NCBI GenBank assembly: GCA_002308515.1
Contig: DBVN01000118.1
Location: 26,407 to 62,496, forward strand
Origin: Verrucomicrobia bacterium UBA1263
Lineage (GTDB): Bacteria > Verrucomicrobiota > Verrucomicrobiia > Limisphaerales > UBA1412
DNA: 36,090 nucleotides
Reading direction: 5' to 3'
Shown: positions 1 through 6,891 of the stretch, one piece after another
Layout of the letters: every line of letters starts with the position of its first letter
How positions within the stretch are numbered: the first letter of the stretch is position 1
The notes under the pieces: generated by a model
Database searches by the model: none
Told to the model about the DNA's origin: nothing
What the model saw: the letters and a program-made list of their open reading frames with translations, nothing else
Program-made: the position numbers and the translations under genes

Positions 1-734
1 AACACCCGTCCTATCCCTAAACCCACCAGTTTTCCATAACTGGCTTTCGATGTGCTGGAATCACCCCGATTCTCCAATGTAACAAAGAACATATACAGGG
101 CAATATAAACACACAAGATAGTTCCCAGATCATATCCCTCCATGATCGAAAGTCCCGCACCCACGCCGGCTAATGCCACTTTTAACCAGCTTCCAAGACT
201 CATATCCGAAGCCTTTCCGCCTTTTAAAAGCGTTATCATTCCCAGCGCCAACATCGCTCCGCCAAAACAAAGCGGACGCGAACCGAGTCCCCAGCAGGCA
301 TTTGAGAAATTATTGGAATTCAATCCGACAGCTAATCCCCCCATAGCGCATACCCACCAGTTTCCGCCCAGCGCGCGGAAAAGCAATCCACCGCAGAGCC
401 CCGCGAAAAGTGTTGCCAGAAAAGCGTCAAACTTGGCAAACCCCAATGTACCCAACGTCAAACGGATCAGATTCGTAACATTCGGTGGAGCCGCCACATC
501 CTCATTCCCAAGCCAATTCAAATCGTTCCATTGACCCAGAAATGTTCCCGGCAGCTTCCATACATCGGAACTGATCACGCCATACGGTCCGTCATTTGAA
601 AACTGGACTGTGTCCGCGCGAAAAGCCGGATATAACAACACCATCAGCAAAGCGATCAAAACGCCTGCCAATATGAAAAGTCCCCCTCTCATCTTGAGTG
701 GTTGACCGGAATCTTTCGGATTAAAATCTTCCAT
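1..734 (-). CDS. polytopic integral membrane protein, N-terminal ~244 codons (gene runs off the left window edge)
   Basis: This ORF is absent from the supplied track, presumably because it has no stop in the window. Hand translation of the minus strand from the ATG at 734 (alternative ATG at 692) gives an unbroken frame down to position 3; no tta/cta/tca occurs in that phase. The first upstream in-frame stop is at 786-788. The product begins MEDFNPKDSGQPLKMRGGLFILAGVLIALLMVLLYP. It contains several Gly/Ala/Leu-rich hydrophobic helices (GLCGGLLFRALGG, WVCAMGGLAVGL, LCFGGAMLALGMITLL, VALAGVGAGLSIM, ILCVYIALYMFFV). No family recognised. Confidence 0.6.
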   Translation of the reverse strand, partial: MEDFNPKDSGQPLKMRGGLFILAGVLIALLMVLLYPAFRADTVQFSNDGPYGVISSDVWKLPGTFLGQWNDLNWLGNEDVAAPPNVTNLIRLTLGTLGFAKFDAFLATLFAGLCGGLLFRALGGNWWVCAMGGLAVGLNSNNFSNACWGLGSRPLCFGGAMLALGMITLLKGGKASDMSLGSWLKVALAGVGAGLSIMEGYDLGTILCVYIALYMFFVTLENRGDSSTSKASYGKLVGLGIGRV

Positions 735-1003
735 ATAACTGAAGCCATTCTCCCAGAGCTTCCCAAGGATAGCCAGCAAAAAAACTTATCCAGAACCGCC
801 ATTAGCATAGAGATTCCTCATTAATGATTTTCCACAACTCCTTTATCCCGACAGGGTGACAGGGTACATCCACTGTAAATCCCGGAGAATGATTTCAGCT
901 CAAACCCTTTTATAGCAATAAAAGGTAATTTTTTGGGGGAAAGTTTTTAAATTTCATTCAATAACAACAATTTAAATATATTTTTAATTTTTCAAAAAAT
1001 TAT

Positions 1004-1033
1004 TTGACAATCGAATTTTCATGTGTCTTAATA
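1004..1033 (+). promoter_or_regulatory. candidate sigma70-like promoter in front of the toxin islet
   Basis: TTGACA (1004-1009), an 18-nt spacer, then TTAATA (1028-1033), all inside a very AT-rich stretch (about 930-1080). A second TATAAT at 1070-1075 sits only 3 nt before the ATG at 1079. The promoter consensus of this organism is unknown, so this is pattern matching only. Confidence 0.3.
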
Positions 1034-1078
1034 AAATCTTTTCGCAAGAAACAGCGGATCTACGAAAGGTATAATATT

Positions 1079-1165
1079 ATGAGTAAAATGTTTAGAATAA
1101 AAGCACCAGTCTTATCAGCGATTCTTTTTTCTCTGACTTTAGCCTGTGAAGGAGAATACTTATGA
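1079..1165 (+). CDS. 28-codon mini-ORF resembling a lipoprotein signal peptide (possibly a gene remnant or leader peptide)
   Basis: Hand translation gives MSKMFRIKAPVLSAILFSLTLACEGEYL*. It has a basic N-region, a hydrophobic core and a lipobox-like LTLA-C. Its TGA (1163-1165) overlaps the ATG (1162-1164) of the Rhs-tip ORF as ATGA. It is too short to call a gene on sequence alone. Confidence 0.25.
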   Translation: MSKMFRIKAPVLSAILFSLTLACEGEYL

Positions 1166-1881
1166 GTGTCGCATTGTTTCAAAAGAATAATGTCATCACT
1201 GAATCTGCTTGCGGTAACCGTTTTCTGTTCCAAGGCAGAGAGTATGATTACGACACAGCTCTTTACTATTTCAGAAACAGATGGTACGAACCGGAAACAG
1301 GCAGGTGGCTTTCACCTGATCCTATTGGAATTTCTGGAGGTCTGAACCTCTACGCCTTCTGCGGAAATGCCCCCGTGAATTTTGTGGATCCAATGGGATT
1401 GGCTATTGTGAAAAATAGAACAGGACGACCAGTGATTGTAAGCGGTAATATAGGTGATAATCGAGGAACTGGATCGCAATATTATGCTGTGATTCCCCCT
1501 AATCTGAATGGGGAAGATAAAGCATGGGGTGGTTCTGATAACCCTATTTCTGTTTATCAATTTCCAGGAGAAGCTATTGCAGCTTATTTTGGTTGTCCAC
1601 ATACACCTATAGGGGTGGTAACAGATATTGATTTTGTGCCTGGATACGCAGATGCACCATACGAGGATCTTAATTGCGATACTAGCGTACTTTCTCCCAC
1701 AAAAATGTCTGGAACTTCAAGCATGCCAACCTTCGTATTGACGCAAGATGAATTGGGAAATATGGTACTAGAAGGAGAAGAATGGTGGGATTCCCTATTT
1801 ATAGGAGTTCTTGATTTATATTATAACAGATTAGGAGATGGCCCGCGATATTTTGGATATGGTGGACGTTTGCCATTTTAA
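1162..1881 (+). CDS. orphan Rhs tip: terminal YD repeat and RHS core end fused to an unassigned 159-aa C-terminal toxin-like domain
   Basis: Residues 20-80 read NRFLFQGREYDYDTALYYFRNRWYEPETGRWLSPDPIGISGGLNLYAFCGNAPVNFVDPMGL. This is the canonical final YD repeat plus the RHS-associated core ending in PxxxxDPxGL (DPMGL = nt 1387-1401). The remaining 159 aa (nt 1402-1878) have no motif I recognise. An SD-like GAAGGAGA (1148-1155) lies 6 nt before the ATG. The reading frame is closed upstream by TGA at 1147-1149, so no Rhs shell is encoded here. Confidence 0.8.
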   Translation: MSVALFQKNNVITESACGNRFLFQGREYDYDTALYYFRNRWYEPETGRWLSPDPIGISGGLNLYAFCGNAPVNFVDPMGLAIVKNRTGRPVIVSGNIGDNRGTGSQYYAVIPPNLNGEDKAWGGSDNPISVYQFPGEAIAAYFGCPHTPIGVVTDIDFVPGYADAPYEDLNCDTSVLSPTKMSGTSSMPTFVLTQDELGNMVLEGEEWWDSLFIGVLDLYYNRLGDGPRYFGYGGRLPF

Positions 1882-1906
1882 ACGATACAAGAAGGAGGAT
1901 TACTTA

Positions 1907-2227
1907 ATGTATAAGGCATATATTATTCGATCCATTGTTATTATAACAGCACTGTGTTTAGTAGCATGGTATTGTTATGGATTTAATATAGAATTAGATT
2001 ATTACTTTGCTGAAATAGATGTCACAAAGAAAGGAACTAATGGAGTAGAAATTCCAGTCCATTATATTATTGCGACCTATGTTTGGATAGCATTATCCAT
2101 TCATTTTTCACTATTGCTTTTCTTATGGAAGTATCCTAAAGACAGTTTTTTTCGATTATCCATATTATTTCCAATGTTAATACTTTTTATAATGGAATTT
2201 ATCCAATATGGAGTGCAATGTTTATAG
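1907..2227 (+). CDS. small 3-TM membrane protein, candidate immunity protein 1
   Basis: The track ORF 1838-2227 is trimmed to the ATG at 1907, which is preceded by a strong GAAGGAGG (1891-1898). The 106-aa product has three hydrophobic spans (IIRSIVIITALCLVAWYCYGF, HYIIATYVWIALSIHFSLLLFLW, LSILFPMLILFIMEFI). By hand count the region is about one third G+C. Its position directly after a polymorphic-toxin tip is the only functional evidence. Confidence 0.6.
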   Translation: MYKAYIIRSIVIITALCLVAWYCYGFNIELDYYFAEIDVTKKGTNGVEIPVHYIIATYVWIALSIHFSLLLFLWKYPKDSFFRLSILFPMLILFIMEFIQYGVQCL

Positions 2228-2239
2228 TGTTTTTTTAAT

Positions 2240-2908
2240 ATGAAGTGTAATAATATAGAGTGCGGTAATACAGAAAACATCACAGCACTATTTAAGTTAT
2301 TGAAGGGATTATTCTATACGATATTCTTGTTAGTCATTATTTTCCAGTGTCTTTTCACTGTATTGCTTACAGGAAGCTCTCCGGATAGTTTGTTCGATAT
2401 TAAATGGAATATTTTTAAGAATAAATCTTTTGAAGGATATCCATATTTTAGTCTTGATGGACCTCCTACTTCAGAACAACAAATGCTAGAGAAAAAGCGC
2501 GATGGCTATGTTGCAGATGTAAGGAGAGAAGTTATTGGAAATTGGATACTTTTATATGGAATATTTATGCTTTATCAGATTTTTTTCTGGATAAGATACA
2601 TTATCAAATATCGTTACTACGTTGCCATAATTAAAAGACGATTGATCGAATTTGAGCATTGGAACGCAGAAAAACTATGCACATTTTCTGAAAAGAAAGA
2701 AGTGGCAAAAGTTTTATGGAAAAGATGTCTCGTTCTAAATACGTTTGTGAACAAAGATGCAAACGGGGATTTGAAGATCATTTTACAGCTGAAGATGCCT
2801 TATTTTGTAGGGATAGAAGTGAAATACGCGGATGGCATCATCCTTTGCGCAGATGGATCTAAACGTCCGCTTGATAAAGAAATGCGTTCCTTATATGGCA
2901 ATGTGTAG
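2240..2908 (+). CDS. 222-aa 2-TM membrane protein with a soluble C-terminal part, candidate immunity protein 2 or orphan immunity gene
   Basis: The ORF starts 12 nt after the previous stop and has the same AT-rich composition. Hydrophobic spans are LFYTIFLLVIIFQCLFTVLLTG and IGNWILLYGIFMLYQIFFWIRYII. The C-terminal ~90 aa are hydrophilic. No family recognised. Confidence 0.55.
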   Translation: MKCNNIECGNTENITALFKLLKGLFYTIFLLVIIFQCLFTVLLTGSSPDSLFDIKWNIFKNKSFEGYPYFSLDGPPTSEQQMLEKKRDGYVADVRREVIGNWILLYGIFMLYQIFFWIRYIIKYRYYVAIIKRRLIEFEHWNAEKLCTFSEKKEVAKVLWKRCLVLNTFVNKDANGDLKIILQLKMPYFVGIEVKYADGIILCADGSKRPLDKEMRSLYGNV

Positions 2909-2970
2909 TATTGGACTCTCCAGTATATTAATCAGCAGTTGTTTGTACTAACACGCCTTGACACAACAAA

Positions 2971-3000
2971 GAGACGAGGTCCGCAAGCCTCGTCTTTTTA
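2971..3000 (+). terminator. Rho-independent terminator closing the islet
   Basis: Stem AGACGAGG (2972-2979) pairs with CCTCGTCT (2988-2995) around the loop tccgcaag, followed by a T-run (2995-2999). It lies 63 nt after the stop at 2908. Confidence 0.7.
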
Positions 3001-3129
3001 GCGTTTATACCCAAACATCAATAGTGTTAAAAATTTCTCATGGAGTTTTGGGGCTTATCTGAAAAGATAAGATTGCAAGCTTCCCTCAAAATAATCACAA
3101 TAACAGGCAGCTAGTGTAGGATACAAAGC

Positions 3130-5886
3130 ATGGCTACTATTAAGAAACAATATCCGTTTGATGTCATCGAATCCAAATGGCAACGCCTTTGGGATGAAAA
3201 TAATACCTTTCACGCCTGGAACCCGAATGAAGAGAAGGTTCCTCAGCATCCTTTTTGGAAGCGGCATATAAATGAATCAGCGCTTCCGCCTAAGTACTAT
3301 GTATTAGATATGTTCCCCTATCCCTCTGGGGCTGGATTGCATGTCGGTCATCCTGAAGGATATACAGCTACGGATATTCTGGCTCGTTACCATCGGGCCA
3401 AAGGTTATAATGTCCTTCACCCCATGGGATGGGACGCTTTTGGTCTCCCCGCTGAACAATACGCAATCAAAACTGGTCAGCATCCCCGCATCACCACGGA
3501 AGCAAATGTCAACAACTTCCGCAGACAAATCAAATCGCTGGGATTCAGCTACGACTGGAAGCGTGAGGTCAACACCACTGATCCCCATTACTTCAAGTGG
3601 ACACAGTGGATCTTCCTGAAAATCTATAATTCCTGGTTCAACCCTCAAACTCGAAAGGCTGAACCGATTACAACACTTACCTACCCGCCGGAGCTGAAAA
3701 CGGAAGAGGAAAAGCGCGCCTATCGTGACAGCAAGCGTCTGGCCTACGTAGCGGAAGCCCCTGTCAACTGGTGTCCCAAACTGGGAACGGTTCTGGCCAA
3801 TGAAGAAGTCGTGGACGGCAAAAGTGAAGTCGGCGGATTCCCTGTCATCCGTAAGCCTATGCGTCAGTGGATGCTCCGTATCACAGCCTACGCCGATCGC
3901 CTAATCAAAGATCTGGACATCATTGATTGGAGTCATTCTCTTAAGGAAATGCAGCGCAACTGGATCGGCCGTTCAGAAGGCGCGGAAGTCCATTTTACCG
4001 CGGATACCCCTGAAAAACAGCGGATCACCGTCTTTACAACCCGCCCGGATACCCTATTCGGAGCTACCTACATGGTTCTGGCTCCCGAACATAAACTGGT
4101 TGACCAAATCATACCGCGATCCTGGCCAGAAGGCATTCCCGCCAAATGGAAGGGCGCTGATGAAGCTCTTTCTAAAGAGGGATATCCCACTCCCAGTGAA
4201 GCGATTGCCGCGTACAGAGCTTACACAGCCAGCAAGAGCGATCTGGAACGCACAGAGCTTTCTAAAATCAAGACCGGTGTCTTTACAGGCGCTTACGCGA
4301 TCAACCCGGTAAACGGTAAACGTATCCCGATTTGGATCGCGGATTATGTCCTCGCCACGTATGGGACAGGTGCCATCATGGCTGTTCCCGCACACGATAC
4401 CCGTGACTTTGAGTTTGCCAAGAAATTTGAACTTCCCATTATTCCGGTGGTTCAGCCGCCCGATAACAGCGATCCTTATGGTTTTGTGGATGACGGTATC
4501 TCTATCAACTCAGAATTTTTAACAGGCAAAACAACTCCGGAAGCCAAGAAAGCGATCACGGACTGGCTGCAGGAACATCAGTGCGGACACCGCACGATCA
4601 ACTTTAAACTTCGCGACTGGCTTTTCAGCCGTCAGCGTTACTGGGGAGAACCCTTCCCCATCATCTGGAAAGATGGACATCATGAATCTTTATCGGAAGA
4701 TATTCTGCCTCTTATCCCGCCAGAGATGACGGATTATAAACCCACTGAATCCGGCGAACCGCCTCTGGCTCGTGCCAAGGAGTGGACACACCTGCCGGAT
4801 GGAAGCATTCGCGAGACCAATACGATGCCTCAATGGGCCGGCTCCTGCTGGTATTATCTGCGCTATCTCGACGCGCAAAACAGCACAGCGTTTTGCTCAA
4901 AAGAAGCGGAACAGTACTGGATGGGCACGCAGCCTAAAGCTACATCCACCGGTGTGGATCTCTATGTCGGCGGCACTGAACATGCTGTGCTGCATTTGCT
5001 CTATGCCCGTTTCTGGCACAAGATACTCTTTGATCTGGGCGAAGTCAGTTCTCCGGAACCGTTCCATAAGCTCGTCAATCAGGGACTCATTCTTGGCGAA
5101 GACAGCCAGAAAATGTCCAAGTCCCGCGGCAATGTGGTGAACCCGGATGATGTACTGAAGGAATACGGCGCAGACGCTTTCCGCCTCTATGAAATGTTCA
5201 TGGGCCCTCTGGAAATGGTCAAGCCCTGGAACACAAAAGGTGTGGAAGGCGTATATCGTTTCCTTGGTCGTGTATGGAGACTCTTTATCGCGGAAGACAG
5301 TCTGACAGAATTAGAGCAAAACCTGACTTTGGATGTCAGCCAGGCACCCAAACTGGTGGAAGCGCTGAAACTCTCTCCTGATTTCCAGAATGTGGATGCG
5401 ACTCCGGCTCAGCTGAAAGCCATCCACACAGTAATCAAAAAGGTCACTGAAGATCTTGACGGTCTGCGTTTCAACACAGCTATTTCCGCCTTGATGGTAT
5501 TCATCAACGAAGCCATCAACTGGGACGTGAAACCGGCTTCTGTTTTCCTGGATTTCTTAAAACTGCTTCAGCCTCTGGCTCCGCATATCGCTGAGGAGTT
5601 AGGAGAAAAACTGATCCACTTTATGGGACTGGAATATCCCGGCAGCATTGCTTATTTGCCTTGGCCGCAATATGACCAATCTCATCTTGTAGAGGATACT
5701 TTTGAATATCCTATCCAAGTCAACGGAAAACTCAGAGATAAGATCGTTCTTCCCCTGGACGCGACCAAAGAACAGATCCAAGCGGCTGCTCTTTCTTCAG
5801 AGAAGATCACTCCACTGCTGGTCGGAAAGACGATCAAGAAGGTCATTATAGTTCCCAAGAAGATCGTTAATATCGCCATTGGATAA
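3130..5886 (+). CDS. leuS: leucyl-tRNA synthetase
   Basis: Class I aaRS signatures are present: HVGHPEGY (HIGH) and KMSKSRGN (KMSKS). The LeuRS-typical N-terminus [60 protein letters not shown] is present, as is the editing-domain region [19 protein letters not shown]. Length 918 aa. Confidence 0.97.
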   Translation: MATIKKQYPFDVIESKWQRLWDENNTFHAWNPNEEKVPQHPFWKRHINESALPPKYYVLDMFPYPSGAGLHVGHPEGYTATDILARYHRAKGYNVLHPMGWDAFGLPAEQYAIKTGQHPRITTEANVNNFRRQIKSLGFSYDWKREVNTTDPHYFKWTQWIFLKIYNSWFNPQTRKAEPITTLTYPPELKTEEEKRAYRDSKRLAYVAEAPVNWCPKLGTVLANEEVVDGKSEVGGFPVIRKPMRQWMLRITAYADRLIKDLDIIDWSHSLKEMQRNWIGRSEGAEVHFTADTPEKQRITVFTTRPDTLFGATYMVLAPEHKLVDQIIPRSWPEGIPAKWKGADEALSKEGYPTPSEAIAAYRAYTASKSDLERTELSKIKTGVFTGAYAINPVNGKRIPIWIADYVLATYGTGAIMAVPAHDTRDFEFAKKFELPIIPVVQPPDNSDPYGFVDDGISINSEFLTGKTTPEAKKAITDWLQEHQCGHRTINFKLRDWLFSRQRYWGEPFPIIWKDGHHESLSEDILPLIPPEMTDYKPTESGEPPLARAKEWTHLPDGSIRETNTMPQWAGSCWYYLRYLDAQNSTAFCSKEAEQYWMGTQPKATSTGVDLYVGGTEHAVLHLLYARFWHKILFDLGEVSSPEPFHKLVNQGLILGEDSQKMSKSRGNVVNPDDVLKEYGADAFRLYEMFMGPLEMVKPWNTKGVEGVYRFLGRVWRLFIAEDSLTELEQNLTLDVSQAPKLVEALKLSPDFQNVDATPAQLKAIHTVIKKVTEDLDGLRFNTAISALMVFINEAINWDVKPASVFLDFLKLLQPLAPHIAEELGEKLIHFMGLEYPGSIAYLPWPQYDQSHLVEDTFEYPIQVNGKLRDKIVLPLDATKEQIQAAALSSEKITPLLVGKTIKKVIIVPKKIVNIAIG

Positions 5887-5911
5887 TAACTAAAGAGAAC
5901 CCCGTAAGAAA

Positions 5912-6889
5912 ATGCGTAAGATTAACTTTAAAAAGATATTATGTGTTTTATCCTGTCTCTCGCTGACCTCGGTTCACGCGGAAGAATACATCCAGTTTTC
6001 GGGTATATCTGACGCGTCCGCCGGGGTTGTCATCGGTACAGAAGAAACAGGATATAAATTCCTTATAGCTGATGATGAAGTGCAGGAACTGCGTCTTTTT
6101 TCTCCGAATGGCGGTTCTCCTGAAAAAATCTTTCCTATCCAGAATCAGATCACTTTACCCGGAAAGCAAAAAGAATTCGACCTGGAAGGCGCTGCCAGAA
6201 TCGGTGATACTGCCTACTGGATCACCTCTCACGGCAGATCTTCCAAAGGCAAAGTTCAACTTTCACGTTATATCTTTTTCGCGACAGAAATTGACGACGC
6301 AAATCTTTCCGTTAAGGTGAAAGGGAAACCTTTCCTTGGAATGTTGGACGCGCTTCTTGCATCCCCGGAGCTTGCGCCCTATGATTTGAAATCCGCCTCT
6401 CTTCTGCCTCCTAAACAAAAAGGCGGCCTCAATATCGAAGGACTTTGCGCGTCTCCTGAGGGTTGGTTATGGATCGGTTTCCGTAACCCTGTTCCCAAAG
6501 GGAAAGCACTCCTGGTTCCTCTCAAAAATCCGGAGAAAGTCATTCTAGGTGGGAAACCCGATCTGGGTTCTCCCGTAACATTGGATCTGGGAGGTTTAGG
6601 GGTAAGAGATATGTGCTACACCGGAACTCAATACTATATCATAGGCGGCCCGCAGGACTCCGGTACATGCAAACTCTACAGCTGGGACGGCAAAAGAGAA
6701 AGTCACCCCAAAGAGGTCATTAAAAGCTTCAAAAAAGATTTTGTAGCCGAAATCGTTTTGAATTTGAATTCTAAAGGAAAAGAAGAACTTTTCGTTCTTT
6801 GTGATGACGGTGGAAAAGAAATCAGTGGAGTTAAAAATAAAAAGCGCCCTTTGAAAGAACGAACTTTCAGAGGCATAAAAATTCCTTAG
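5912..6889 (+). CDS. secreted protein of unknown function (beta-propeller-like; resembles DUF3616/phytase-like families)
   Basis: Signal peptide MRKINFKKILCVLSCLSLTSVHA/EE. Motifs FDLEGAARIGDTAYWITSHGRS and GGLNIEGLCASPEGWLWIGFRNP recall the xxEG(L/A) blade motifs of DUF3616 and phytase-like esterase families. The family call is from memory only. Confidence 0.7.
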   Translation: MRKINFKKILCVLSCLSLTSVHAEEYIQFSGISDASAGVVIGTEETGYKFLIADDEVQELRLFSPNGGSPEKIFPIQNQITLPGKQKEFDLEGAARIGDTAYWITSHGRSSKGKVQLSRYIFFATEIDDANLSVKVKGKPFLGMLDALLASPELAPYDLKSASLLPPKQKGGLNIEGLCASPEGWLWIGFRNPVPKGKALLVPLKNPEKVILGGKPDLGSPVTLDLGGLGVRDMCYTGTQYYIIGGPQDSGTCKLYSWDGKRESHPKEVIKSFKKDFVAEIVLNLNSKGKEELFVLCDDGGKEISGVKNKKRPLKERTFRGIKIP

Positions 6890-6891
6890 TA

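Noticed and set aside
142-534. 130-aa plus-strand ORF (MIESPAPTPANATFNQ...)
   Set aside because: It is a low-complexity Pro/Ala/Asn/Ser peptide with no RBS. It lies entirely antisense to a longer open frame encoding a convincing membrane protein (1-734, minus strand).
906-934. Hairpin CCTTTTAT-AGCA-ATAAAAGG followed by TAATTTTTT, and a tandem GACAGGGT x2 at 850-865
   Set aside because: The stem is almost all A-T (two G-C pairs), and there is no upstream plus-strand gene to terminate. The 8-mer duplication is too short to distinguish from chance. A small RNA cannot be supported from sequence alone.
1838-1906. Upstream part of track ORF 1838-2227, which overlaps the toxin ORF end
   Set aside because: The ATG at 1838 lies inside the Rhs-tip coding region and has no RBS. 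The in-frame ATG at 1907 follows a strong GAAGGAGG and starts directly with the first transmembrane helix.
3001-3129. Possible T-box or attenuator leader upstream of leuS, including the hairpin CTTATCT-GAAA-AGATAAG at 3054-3071
   Set aside because: The leader is only about 130 nt. I find no specifier-loop/T-box consensus (AANNNGGGTGGTACCGCG-like) and no terminator/antiterminator pair. A single 7-bp hairpin is insufficient evidence.
3304-5879. Multiple 60-130-aa ORFs on both strands within leuS (for example 3304-3648 minus, 3923-4312 plus, 4772-5140 plus)
   Set aside because: All are nested in or antisense to the unambiguous leuS frame and have no independent signals. The same reasoning applies to the short ORFs nested in addB, the GH-like gene, the A2M gene and the men genes.
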